Shown: positions 39,020-48,051 of the stretch, one piece after another | How positions within the stretch are numbered: the stretch's first letter is position 1 | How the letters are laid out: every line of letters starts with the position of its first letter | DNA from: an uncultured Myxococcaceae bacterium | Lineage (GTDB): Bacteria > Myxococcota > Myxococcia > Myxococcales > Myxococcaceae | DNA: 64,000 nucleotides | NCBI GenBank assembly: GCA_964511185.1 | Contig: CAZEDU010000001.1 | Coordinates: forward strand, 1,741-65,740 | Direction: 5' to 3' | Notes under the pieces: model-generated | Databases searched by the model: none | What the model was told of the DNA's origin: nothing | What the model saw: the letters and a program-made list of their open reading frames with translations, nothing else | Position numbers and translations under genes: made by a program

Positions 39020-39364
39020 ATGGCTGACTGTCTTTTTTGCAAGATTCGCGACGGGCAAATTCCAGCGAAAATCGTTCACCGCGATGAGCTGTGCCTGGGG
39101 TTCGAGGACATCAAGGCGCAGGCGCCGACGCACGTGCTCTTCATCCCCCACCGCCACATCGAGACGGTGAACGACCTGACCGCGGAGGACCGTGAGGTGG
39201 TCGGACAGCTCTACCTGGCCGCCGCGAAGGTGGCGAAACAGCGCGGCCACTCGGAGAGCGGCTACCGGCTGGTGATGAACACCAACCGCGACGCCGGACA
39301 GACGGTGTTTCACATTCATTTGCATTTGCTGGGCGGGCGGCAGCTGGGGTGGCCGCCGGGTTGA
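39020..39364 (+). CDS. HIT-family nucleotide hydrolase (HinT-like)
   Basis: CLFCKIRDGQIPAK and the histidine triad HIHLHLLGG. Confidence 0.9.
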   Translation: MADCLFCKIRDGQIPAKIVHRDELCLGFEDIKAQAPTHVLFIPHRHIETVNDLTAEDREVVGQLYLAAAKVAKQRGHSESGYRLVMNTNRDAGQTVFHIHLHLLGGRQLGWPPG

Positions 39365-39386
39365 GCGGGCTGAAGCCGTCGCCGTC

Positions 39387-39470
39387 GCCGTTCACGACAA
39401 CGACAACGACTACGTCGACGTAGTCGTGGACGTGGACGTGGACGTGGACGGCGTCGGCGACGTGAACGGC
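39387..39470. repeat. Long imperfect palindrome containing a perfect 20-bp palindrome and a (GTGGAC)x4 tandem repeat
   Basis: The outer arms GCCGTTCACG (39387-39396) and CGTGAACGGC (39461-39470) are complementary. The perfect palindrome CGACTACGTCGACGTAGTCG is at 39407-39426 and GTGGAC x4 at 39426-39449. It lies between the HIT stop and the EEP start. Confidence 0.7.
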
Positions 39471-39545
39471 TTCTAACGACGAGCTCCCTCCATCGGCTCG
39501 CCTCTCCAACAACTCGTCGACCCCATCTCCAGACAATGCCTAGAG

Positions 39546-40445
39546 ATGTTGGTCAGGACCTCGAGAAATCCAAAACACTTCAACCAGTGCCTGCAAAAGC
39601 CGCCGCCGATTCGGGTGGTGACCTTCAACACCGGTGAAGGCAACCGCGCGATTCGAACCGCCGCGCGCGACTACTTGAAGCTCCCGTTCTACCGCGAGGT
39701 GATCTCCGGTCGACCGGACGCGCCCATCGTCGCGCTGCAGGAAGTAAGCGGCGCGCAGGCCAACGCGCTGCTCCGCGAGGCCGCGCGCACGCGCCAGTTC
39801 GGCGTGGTGCGAAGCGGACCACTGGTGTTGCTGGTGCCCAAGCGCTTCGAGCTGCGGGCCGAAGACGCGCGCGGCGGTTCCTTGAAGCGCGCGCAGGTCA
39901 ACGGCGTGCTGCGGTCGGTCTGGCGCGCGGCGTCCCGCCTGAAGCTGCCGGATCGCGACGAGCTCGGGCAGTGGATCGAAATGCGGCCCTATCTACAGGT
40001 GCGTCTGGTCGACCGAATGTCAGGGCGCGGCTTCAGCGTGTTCAACGCGCACCTGTCGGGTCATCCGCCGCTCAAGGTGGAGCAGGCCGAGCAGCTGCTC
40101 TCGAAGGTGGGCCGGGCGCAGCGCGAGGCCCCTGTGATTCTCGCGGGGGACCTGAACGCGGTGATTCCGAACACGCCGCACCGGCAGCTGCCGTCGGACA
40201 AGGCGATGGAGCGGCTCGTCGGCGCGTACGGCCTGACCGAGATGAGCCTCATGCCGCTCCCCACCCCGCGCCGCCGCGATTTGGATTGGGTGCTCGCGCG
40301 CGGCTTCATCCCCGAGAAGACGCGCTACTACGCGGAGCAGTTCGAGTCGCTCCCGGGTGCGCCCGAGGCGCTCGAGGTGAGCGATCACCTCGCGAAGGAA
40401 ACGACGCTGCGCCTGGCGACCCGCTACCGCCCAAGACCGCACTGA
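39546..40445 (+). CDS. Endonuclease/exonuclease/phosphatase (EEP) family protein
   Basis: VVTFNTGEG, ALQEV, ILAGDLNA and EVSDH motifs in EEP order. Confidence 0.75.
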   Translation: MLVRTSRNPKHFNQCLQKPPPIRVVTFNTGEGNRAIRTAARDYLKLPFYREVISGRPDAPIVALQEVSGAQANALLREAARTRQFGVVRSGPLVLLVPKRFELRAEDARGGSLKRAQVNGVLRSVWRAASRLKLPDRDELGQWIEMRPYLQVRLVDRMSGRGFSVFNAHLSGHPPLKVEQAEQLLSKVGRAQREAPVILAGDLNAVIPNTPHRQLPSDKAMERLVGAYGLTEMSLMPLPTPRRRDLDWVLARGFIPEKTRYYAEQFESLPGAPEALEVSDHLAKETTLRLATRYRPRPH

Positions 40446-40460
40446 AATCGGTCGAGCCGC

Positions 40461-42140
40461 TCAGGCGGCGGGCGCGTTCTTCGGCGCGCCGGCGTTCCAG
40501 ACGCGCGCCGCGAACGCGAAGAGCGCCAACGCCAGCCCGAGCAGCACCAGACACACCACGCCGTTGATGCGCTGGACCACCTCGACCGGGCCGGACATCC
40601 AGAACGCGGCGCGGATCTGCATCCACAGCGAGCTCACGGTGACCAGCGAGACGAACACCATCGGCACGAGCGTGAACCAGTAGCGCTTGCCCGCGCGCTT
40701 GAGCCAAACGGTGATGCCGAGCAACGACAGCGCGGCGAGCAGCTGGTTGCTGGTCCCGAACAGCGTCCAGAACGCGCGCCAGCCGTCGGGAGGCGCGAGC
40801 AGGACGAAGGCGAGCGGCACCGCGACGGTCAAGAAGGTCGCCAGCGCGGCCAGCGCCCGGCTCTTCCAACCGAAGAGCTCCTGCAGCACGAAGCGGCCGA
40901 GCCGCGTCGAGACGTCGAGCGTGTCAAACACGAAGGTGGAGAAGGCCATCGCGCCGAAGGTGATGGCGAACGGCAGGTGCTGCTCGCCGATGAGGGTGGC
41001 GAGGAAACGGCCCAGCCCCAAGCTGTAGATGGTGCCTGGCGCCTTGCCGGCGAGCTCGGACTGGCTGAGGACCATCACCGTGGCGAGCGCGATGAGCGCG
41101 ACGAAGCCTTCGAGCAACATCGCGCCGTAGCCGACGGACTTGCAGTGCGTCTCCTTGGCAATCTGCTTGGAGGTGGTGCCAGAGCAGACCAGCCCGTGGA
41201 AGCCCGAGCACGCGCCGCACGCGATGGTGACGAAGAGGAAAGGAAAGAGCGCTCCCGCGGCCCCCGGCGCGGTGAAGCCCGTGAAGGCGGGCTGCTGAAT
41301 ATCGAAGCCGCCGAAGAACAGGCCCACCACGCCGATGGCCAGCGCCAAATACAGGACGAAGCCGCCCAAGTAGCCGCGCGGCTGCAAGAGCACCCACGCC
41401 GGCGCCAAGGACGCGACGAAGCAGTACGCGAGGATCAGCACGCCCCAAATGGCGGGGCCAAAGCTGAAGACGTGCGACAGCTGCGTGCCGGCCCACACCG
41501 CGCCGAGCGTCGCCGGCACGAAGAGGACGGTCTGCAGCCACAAGGGTGGCTTCAGCACCTTCTCCACCACGCCCATCACCAGGGCGAGCAGCAGGTAGAG
41601 AATCGACGCCATCGCCACCGCGCCGCCTTGGTGAAACGAAAAGGTGAGGCCCTTCAAGTCCGGGTCGCCCGCGACGAAGGTGCTCACCGTCACCTGGGTG
41701 AACGCGACGATGACGTAGATGAGCGCGACCCAGATGAAGATCAGCATCGCCGTGCCCGCGCCGGGACCTAGGTGCGCCTTGACGACTTCGGCGATCGACT
41801 TGCCTTCGTGGCGCACCGACGCGATGAGCGCGGACAAGTCGTGCACCGCGCCGATGAAGACGACGCCCAAGGCAATCCACAACAGCGCGGGCAACCAACC
41901 GAACTGCTGCGCGGCGAGGATGGGCCCCGCGATGGGGCCGGCCGCGGCGATGGCGGCGAAGTGCTGACCCAATAAGTAGAACGGGCGCGTGGGCACGAAG
42001 TCGACGCCGTCGTTCACGGTGACGGCCGGCGTCGGCGCGTCGGCGGAAAGTCGCCACTGTCGCGCGATGAACCCTCCATAGAAGTGGTAGCCGAGGGCGA
42101 GCGCGGCCAGCACGGCGAGGGCGATGAGCGGCAAGGCCAT
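40461..42140 (-). CDS. cstA: Carbon starvation protein CstA (peptide/pyruvate transporter family)
   Basis: FVPTRPFYLLGQHFAAIAAAGPIAGPILAAQ; a polytopic 559-aa protein. Confidence 0.9.
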   Translation of the reverse strand: MALPLIALAVLAALALGYHFYGGFIARQWRLSADAPTPAVTVNDGVDFVPTRPFYLLGQHFAAIAAAGPIAGPILAAQQFGWLPALLWIALGVVFIGAVHDLSALIASVRHEGKSIAEVVKAHLGPGAGTAMLIFIWVALIYVIVAFTQVTVSTFVAGDPDLKGLTFSFHQGGAVAMASILYLLLALVMGVVEKVLKPPLWLQTVLFVPATLGAVWAGTQLSHVFSFGPAIWGVLILAYCFVASLAPAWVLLQPRGYLGGFVLYLALAIGVVGLFFGGFDIQQPAFTGFTAPGAAGALFPFLFVTIACGACSGFHGLVCSGTTSKQIAKETHCKSVGYGAMLLEGFVALIALATVMVLSQSELAGKAPGTIYSLGLGRFLATLIGEQHLPFAITFGAMAFSTFVFDTLDVSTRLGRFVLQELFGWKSRALAALATFLTVAVPLAFVLLAPPDGWRAFWTLFGTSNQLLAALSLLGITVWLKRAGKRYWFTLVPMVFVSLVTVSSLWMQIRAAFWMSGPVEVVQRINGVVCLVLLGLALALFAFAARVWNAGAPKNAPAA

Positions 42141-42260
42141 GCGCTGCGCTTAGGCCAACGGGCGCGAGGGTTCAACGCCCGCAGGCTCGGGCTGCGGCCG
42201 GGCGAGCGGCCCTGCCCATCGTCGCGCGCGGTGGGCCGTCCCTACCTTTGCCGGGTCCAC

Positions 42261-42692
42261 ATGAAAGGGGGCGTCAACGGTATGGCGAGCAAGGCGAAGC
42301 GGTGGGTGGCGATGGGGTTGGTCGGCGCGGGCGCGCTGGGGGTCCTCGCATGTCGAGACGCGGACCGCACCGTGCCTGAGCCGCAGGTGTCGATGAACGC
42401 GACGCAAGACGAGGGGATGAACCCGCCGGGCTCCGAGGTCCCGATGCCGTCGGAGCAGACGGTGGAGAACCCGTCGACGGATCCAACCCAGGCCCCCACG
42501 TGGTCAGGTGAAGAAGGCGACGTGCTCGAGCGGCCCGTCGAGGAAGGGGTCGGCGGCGCGGGCATGGCCGGCAAGGCCGCGCAGGCCGACGGCGGGATGA
42601 AGATGGACGCCGGAATGGGCGGCGCGGGCTTCGACGACCAGGGCATGCCGTACCACGACAGCGCCGAGCCTCAGCCGCCGCAACAGCCGTGA
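42261..42692 (+). CDS. Low-complexity lipoprotein
   Basis: Lipobox GVLAC and an acidic Pro/Gly/Met-rich mature part. The start may be 42261 or 42282. Confidence 0.5.
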   Translation: MKGGVNGMASKAKRWVAMGLVGAGALGVLACRDADRTVPEPQVSMNATQDEGMNPPGSEVPMPSEQTVENPSTDPTQAPTWSGEEGDVLERPVEEGVGGAGMAGKAAQADGGMKMDAGMGGAGFDDQGMPYHDSAEPQPPQQP

Positions 42693-42696
42693 CGTC

Positions 42697-42954
42697 ATGC
42701 GCGCGAGCCATTGGACGATGCTGCTCGCGGGGGTGCTGCCGGTGGTGGGCTGCGTGAACGCGCCGTCCACCGCCGGCAAGCCGAGCGAGGCGCAGCGCGC
42801 GGCGCGGGCGCAGGAGAACGAGCCGGCGCGGCCGTCGCAGAGCACCACCGAGCGGGGGCCGTTCGAGATGACGCGCCAGCCGGAAGAGACGGAAGGCACC
42901 GGCGGCAGCGGCCCACCCGGCAACCCGGCGCTGTCTCCGCCCGACGCGGGGTGA
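42697..42954 (+). CDS. Small low-complexity lipoprotein
   Basis: Lipobox PVVGC; 85 aa, starting 4 nt after the previous stop. Confidence 0.5.
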   Translation: MRASHWTMLLAGVLPVVGCVNAPSTAGKPSEAQRAARAQENEPARPSQSTTERGPFEMTRQPEETEGTGGSGPPGNPALSPPDAG

Positions 42955-42960
42955 GGCGCC

Positions 42961-43593
42961 TCAGCGCTGAAACCGAACCGGCAGCCGGAAGCACTCGCTT
43001 CCGCGCGGCAGCGGCAGCGCGCCTGGAATCACGCAGTCGAGCGCGGCCTGGTCCAACAGGGTCGAGCCCGAGCTGTGCACCAGCTCGACGCCGGCCGCGG
43101 TGCCTTCGTGGGTCAAGCACAATCGAACGGCTGCCTCACCCGTGAGCCCATAGCGCTGCGCCGCCTTGGGGTAGCAGCGAAGGGCTGCGGCGGCGAGGCG
43201 CGCGTGCAGGGCGGACCCGTCGACTCCGGCCCCGGCCCCACCGCCCGCGCCTGCGCCTGCGTTCGCCGAGCCTCCCCCTTCTTCACCCGCGCCCACGTCG
43301 ACCGAGCCCTCCCCCGCCGCGTCATCGACCGGCACCCCCCGCGACGTGGCCATCCGCGCGGGCGCTCCCCGGGCGCGCGGCGGGCGCGTGCCTTTCGGCT
43401 CCGCGGGAGCAGCGGGCGCGCCGGAGGAGACCAGCCCGACGCGAAGAGACGTCTGCTGCGGCGCCGGCGGTTCGGCCGGCAAGCGCCTCGGCCGAGACGA
43501 GACCGCCAGCGCCAGCACCGCCGCATGCACCCCCACCGACACCGCGAGCGCGATGGTCCCAGCGCGGCGCTTCGGAGACAGCGGCAGCCCCAT
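42961..43593 (-). CDS. tonB: TonB-family energy transducer
   Basis: An N-terminal anchor (AGTIALAVSVGVHAAVLALAV), a Pro/Ala-rich spacer and a C-terminal TonB_C-like YPKAAQRYGLTGEAAVRLCL...LLDQAALDCV. Confidence 0.8.
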   Translation of the reverse strand: MGLPLSPKRRAGTIALAVSVGVHAAVLALAVSSRPRRLPAEPPAPQQTSLRVGLVSSGAPAAPAEPKGTRPPRARGAPARMATSRGVPVDDAAGEGSVDVGAGEEGGGSANAGAGAGGGAGAGVDGSALHARLAAAALRCYPKAAQRYGLTGEAAVRLCLTHEGTAAGVELVHSSGSTLLDQAALDCVIPGALPLPRGSECFRLPVRFQR

Positions 43594-43607
43594 AGGCCCC
43601 GCCGCTT

Positions 43608-44399
43608 CTAGCGGTTTTCCGAGCCGCGGTGGAGCGAGGGGACGAAGAACACCCTCCCGCCCGACAGCTCGGCGCGCTCCATCGGCAGGCCGTAGAGCGC
43701 CTCCAGCCGCTCGCGGGTGAGCACCTCGGCGGGCGCGCCTTGCGCCAGCACCCGGCCCTCCCGGAGCAAGACGACCTCGTCGGCGAACGCCGTCGCCAAG
43801 TTCACGTCGTGCAGCACCGCCACCGCGCTCGCCCCGGTCGCCACGTGCGCCCGCACCCGCTCGAGCGAGGCCACCTGGTGCTTCAAGTCCAGGAACGCCG
43901 TCGGCTCGTCGAGGAACAGCACCTTCGGCGCCTGCATCAGCGCGCGCGCGAGCAGCACCAGCCGCTTCTCGCCCCCCGACATCTGCGTCGCGGGCCGCTC
44001 GGCCAACGCGCCGATGCCCAGCGCCTCGAGCCGCGCGCGCGCCTTCGCCTCGTCGCCGCCCGACGGCAGCCCCCACGGGCCCAGGCGGGGCGAAAGCCCC
44101 ATCAGCACCAGCTCGAGCCCGGTGAAGCCCGCGCCCTCGTCGATGGTCTGCGGCACCCAGGCGAAGTCGCGCGCCAGCGCGGCGCGGCCGTACGCGCCCA
44201 CCGCCTGGCCCTTCCACTCGACCTTCCCCGCCGAGGGCGCCACGAGCCCCATCAACACGCGCAGGAGCGTGCTCTTGCCCGCGCCGTTGGGCCCCAGCAC
44301 CGCAGTCATCCGGCCGGGAGCCACGCGGAGCGCGATGCACTCGAGCACCGGGCGCGCGCCGTAGCCCGCGCTCATGCCCTCGACGACCAACCCGCTCAC
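43608..44399 (-). CDS. ABC transporter ATPase of the BtuD/FepC/FecE type
   Basis: Walker A motif GPNGAGKSTLL, signature MSGGEKRL and Walker B motif LFLDEP. The GTG start overlaps the kinase stop (GTGA 44396-44399). Confidence 0.9.
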   Translation of the reverse strand: MSGLVVEGMSAGYGARPVLECIALRVAPGRMTAVLGPNGAGKSTLLRVLMGLVAPSAGKVEWKGQAVGAYGRAALARDFAWVPQTIDEGAGFTGLELVLMGLSPRLGPWGLPSGGDEAKARARLEALGIGALAERPATQMSGGEKRLVLLARALMQAPKVLFLDEPTAFLDLKHQVASLERVRAHVATGASAVAVLHDVNLATAFADEVVLLREGRVLAQGAPAEVLTRERLEALYGLPMERAELSGGRVFFVPSLHRGSENR

Positions 44400-46255
44400 T
44401 TCTTGAGCGCCTTCGCTTCGAGGTCGCGCCGCAGCGCCTCGGCGGCCTTGAGGAACCCAGGCCCCTGGTCGGGCCGCGCCACCGCCTCGTAGTAGCTGTC
44501 GGTCAGGTTCGAGTACCGCTGGCACAGCGTCTTGATCACATCGCAGTTGTACCGGCGGCGAACCTGGTCATACGCCGCCCGCATGCGCTCGTACTCGCGC
44601 TCGAGCTGCGCCACCGGGACGGTCTTGCGGACGGGCTTGGCCGCGGGCCTGGGCTTGGAAGGCGCGGGGGCCTGCAGCGGCGCCAAGGTGAGCTCGTCGT
44701 CCTCGGCCTCCAACGCCTCGTCGTCGGGCGCCGCGAAAGAGTCGTCGGGCTCCAGCGCGTCGGCGGGGATGTCGGGCATCGCCGACTCCGGCTCCACCGG
44801 CTCGATGCGCACCGCCACCGCCGGCGCGGGCGCGGGCGGGCGCAGGAAGAGAACCGCCCCCGCGACGAGCGCGAACGAAATCAACGCCGCCCCGACGAAC
44901 CACGCCCAGCGCGGCACCGCGCGCGGCGCCCGCACCGGCCCGGTCCACTCGTCGGGGTCGGTCTGCGACTCCCGCGGCGGCGCGTCGAGGGTCTTGCGGC
45001 CGTGCGGCCCGCTCCCGCCGGGGTCGGTGTCCTCGGGCTCGCCCGGCGAGGTCTTCTCGAGCGACGCCGGGGGAAGAATCTCCGCGCTGGCCCACGGCAC
45101 GCTGTCCGCCGCGGTCGTCTCCATCGGCTCCGCCACCACCGGCGCGAGCTGGGTGGGCTGCTCGAGCAGGCTCCCCGGGATGGTCTCGTCGCGGCCGGGC
45201 ACCGCCTCGTCGAGCGTGGCGACGGGCCGCAACGGCGGCTGCGACTGCCCGCTGCGCGACGGCGACTTGAGCGAGCTGAGCAGCCTTCGCTCCTGCTGAA
45301 ACTCGGTCTCGAACATCTGCCGCATGCACTGGCCGGCCTTCTCCGCGCCGCCGGTGAGGCCCAGCTCGACTTGGCACTGGAGCAGCTGCGCGCGAAACGC
45401 ATCGGCGGTCTGAAAGCGCTCGGACGGCTCGACCGCCAGCGCCTTGTTCAGCACCGCCTCCAGCGAGGCCGGGCAGTCGGGCTTGAGCTCGCGCAGAGGC
45501 CGGAGCGCGCCGCGCCCGACCTCGGGGAGCAGCTGCGGCGTGGGGGTGTCCTCGAACGGGTTGCGCCCGGCGACGAGCTCGAAGAGCACCACCCCCACCG
45601 AGTACAAGTCGCTGCGCGCGTCGACCTGCGCCTGCCGCGCCTGCTCGGGCGACATGTAGAGGAACTTGCCCATCACGATGCTGGGGTTGGTCTTCGCGGC
45701 GTTGAGCGCGCTCTTGGCGAGCCCGAAGTCGATGACCTTCACCTCGCCTTCGTACGAGACGAGGATGTTCTGCGGCGAGATGTCGCGGTGGACGAGGCCC
45801 AGCTCGCGGTCCTGCTCGTCGCGCTTTCGGTGCACGTACGCCAGCGCCTCGAGCACCCGCATCACCAGGTGCACCGACACCTCGAGCTTGGGCGGGGTGG
45901 AGAGCTCGCGCGCGCGGTTGAGCAGCCTGCGCAGGTCCTTCCCGTCCACGTACTCGAGCGCCAAATACGGCTCGCCGTCCACCATGCCGACGTCGAGCAC
46001 CTGCGCGATGGCGCCGTGCTGCAGCTGCACCAGCGTCTTCGCCTCGTCGACGAAGCGGTTCAGAAAGCCCGGGTCCCGCGCCAACGCGGGCCGCACCCGC
46101 TTGACGACGCACAGCTTGCCGAACCCCCGCGTGCCCTCCAGCCGCGCGATGAACAGCTCGCCCATGCCGCCCGACGAGAGCGGCAACAAGAGCGTGTACC
46201 GGCCGAACGGCGTCGGGTGGAAGGGCCGCAGGCGGTTGGGGCTGGGGCTCGTCAT
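44396..46255 (-). CDS. Membrane-spanning Hanks-type Ser/Thr protein kinase
   Basis: GGMGELF, VVKRV, HRDISPQNIL, DFGLAK and SPEQ motifs. One TM helix (WAWFVGAALISFALVAGAVLFL) is followed by about 150 aa outside. Confidence 0.9.
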   Translation of the reverse strand: MTSPSPNRLRPFHPTPFGRYTLLLPLSSGGMGELFIARLEGTRGFGKLCVVKRVRPALARDPGFLNRFVDEAKTLVQLQHGAIAQVLDVGMVDGEPYLALEYVDGKDLRRLLNRARELSTPPKLEVSVHLVMRVLEALAYVHRKRDEQDRELGLVHRDISPQNILVSYEGEVKVIDFGLAKSALNAAKTNPSIVMGKFLYMSPEQARQAQVDARSDLYSVGVVLFELVAGRNPFEDTPTPQLLPEVGRGALRPLRELKPDCPASLEAVLNKALAVEPSERFQTADAFRAQLLQCQVELGLTGGAEKAGQCMRQMFETEFQQERRLLSSLKSPSRSGQSQPPLRPVATLDEAVPGRDETIPGSLLEQPTQLAPVVAEPMETTAADSVPWASAEILPPASLEKTSPGEPEDTDPGGSGPHGRKTLDAPPRESQTDPDEWTGPVRAPRAVPRWAWFVGAALISFALVAGAVLFLRPPAPAPAVAVRIEPVEPESAMPDIPADALEPDDSFAAPDDEALEAEDDELTLAPLQAPAPSKPRPAAKPVRKTVPVAQLEREYERMRAAYDQVRRRYNCDVIKTLCQRYSNLTDSYYEAVARPDQGPGFLKAAEALRRDLEAKALKK

Positions 46256-46315
46256 CGCTGCCCGGAGGCGGGCGAGGAATGTTCACCCGAAGGCGACGAC
46301 GGACGCCAGCGTTGT

Positions 46316-48022
46316 TCAGCTGGATTTCGAGCCGGGGTCGGTGACATGGCCGGCGTCTTCTTCGACCACCTCGAACACCGGCACCGGCGAAGTCCGGCCG
46401 CCCAGCATCCGCTCCCCGCGGGGGACGACCTCGAACTTGCCGCCGGTGGCCATCAAGGTGGGCTTGGTGACCAGGATTTGGCCGGGTTGCGCGGCGGACG
46501 CCAGCCACGACGTGAGGTTCACCGTCTCCCCGAAGGCCGTGTAGTCAAGCCGCGCCGGGCTGCCGACAGTGCCCACCAGCACCGGGCCCGTACACAGGGC
46601 GAGCTTCAGCTCGAGCTGCTCGGCTTCAGGCCGCTCGGCCATGGCCCGCGCCCACTCGGCCCTCAGCGCGAGCGCGGCCCGCACCGCGCGCAAGGCGTCG
46701 TTGCCGCGCGCCCACGGCGCCCCGAACATGGCCATCATCGCGTCGCCGACGAACTTGTCGACGGTGCCTTCGAAGCTGAAGACGATGCTGGTCATGCGCT
46801 TGTAGAACTCGTTGAGCAGCGCGGTCACCCGCTCGGGCGACGCGCGCTGCGCGAAGGCGGTGAAGCCGGCCAAGTCGGCCAGCAGCACGGTCACCTCGCG
46901 CTTCTCCAGTACGGTGACGGGAACGTCGCCCAGCTGGCGCATCTCGACCAGGCGCCGCTCGACGATGTTGGGCGCGTGGAAGCGCTCGAGCACCTCGCGC
47001 AGCCGGCCGTCGCCCGCGGTGGGCTGCTCGGACGAGAAGCGCTCGACGGCGTGAAAGAGCAGCCGGCCGACCTCGGTGCACAGCTCGAGCGTCTTCTCCA
47101 GCTGGTCCTTGCCTTCGCGCTGCGCGGCGCGGTTCAGGTACAGCACGCCGACGAACGGCGGCCGCGCGCCGATGGGCACGCACAGCACCTGGTCGACGCC
47201 GTACATCACCACGCTCTCGCGCGAGGCGAAGCGGGAGTCGTCGCGGACGTTGCGCACCGCCAGCGCCGCGCCCTGCTCGAGCGCCGCCTCGATGACCGCG
47301 TCGGACACCGGCGCCTCGCCCTCCGTCAGCTTGCCGCGGTGACGCACGGTGGCCGGCGCGAGCGCGCCCGACAGGTGCCGCAGCATCACCACCGCGGTGG
47401 TCGCGTTCACCGCCTGCATCAGCTTGTCGACGGTGTCGTCGAGGAAGCGCGTCAGCGAGGTCGCCGCGTGGAGGGCTTCGGAGACTTTGTAGAGGAACAG
47501 CAGCGACTCGTAGCGGATGGGCAGCGAGCCTTTCTCGACCGCGAGCGCGTTCATGTCGAGCGGCGGCTGGGTGGGCTCGAACGGCGCCACGTTGTCCAGC
47601 GCGCGCATGAGCGAGCTCTCCTTCACCCCGCGCGAGAGCACCACCTCGCGGGCGATGTCGACGCCTTGGCCGAAGCGCCGCACGCCCCCCGTCGAGATGT
47701 CCACCACCTCGGTGCGCACGTCCTCGCTCGCCTCGGGCTGGCGGATGAGCAGCGTGTTCTCGCCGACGGTGATGGTGTCGCCCGGCTTCAGGGCGATCGC
47801 CGCCTCCACCGCCAGGCCGTTCACCTTGGTGCCGTTTCGGCTCTCCAGGTCTTCGACCTCGACGCGGCCGTTCTGCACGCGCAGCCGCGCATGCTGGCGG
47901 GACACCATGTCCCCCGAGAGAACGATGTCGTTCTCATCGGCGCGGCCCAAGCTGGTATCGCCCTCCGGCAAGTCGTAGGAGGTGTCGAAGTAGCCCGGGC
48001 CATTGATGACGAGCTGCCACAT
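46316..48022 (-). CDS. FHA - GAF - class III nucleotidyl cyclase domain protein
   Basis: The N-terminus is FHA-like (LGRADENDIVLSGDMVSRQHARL...SRNGTKVNG). The central region is GAF-like. The cyclase motifs are VTVLLADLAGFT, DKFVGDAMMAMFG and FGETVNL. Confidence 0.85.
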   Translation of the reverse strand: MWQLVINGPGYFDTSYDLPEGDTSLGRADENDIVLSGDMVSRQHARLRVQNGRVEVEDLESRNGTKVNGLAVEAAIALKPGDTITVGENTLLIRQPEASEDVRTEVVDISTGGVRRFGQGVDIAREVVLSRGVKESSLMRALDNVAPFEPTQPPLDMNALAVEKGSLPIRYESLLFLYKVSEALHAATSLTRFLDDTVDKLMQAVNATTAVVMLRHLSGALAPATVRHRGKLTEGEAPVSDAVIEAALEQGAALAVRNVRDDSRFASRESVVMYGVDQVLCVPIGARPPFVGVLYLNRAAQREGKDQLEKTLELCTEVGRLLFHAVERFSSEQPTAGDGRLREVLERFHAPNIVERRLVEMRQLGDVPVTVLEKREVTVLLADLAGFTAFAQRASPERVTALLNEFYKRMTSIVFSFEGTVDKFVGDAMMAMFGAPWARGNDALRAVRAALALRAEWARAMAERPEAEQLELKLALCTGPVLVGTVGSPARLDYTAFGETVNLTSWLASAAQPGQILVTKPTLMATGGKFEVVPRGERMLGGRTSPVPVFEVVEEDAGHVTDPGSKSS

Positions 48023-48051
48023 GTGCGGAGCCCGCGAAGCGTAGCACGTCG

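Noticed and set aside
39426-39449. (GTGGAC)x4 tandem repeat considered as a CRISPR or coding repeat
   Set aside because: The units are only 6 nt with no spacers, and the repeat sits inside an intergenic palindrome. The overlapping minus-strand ORF (VHVHVHDYVDVVVVV...) is an artefact of the repeat.
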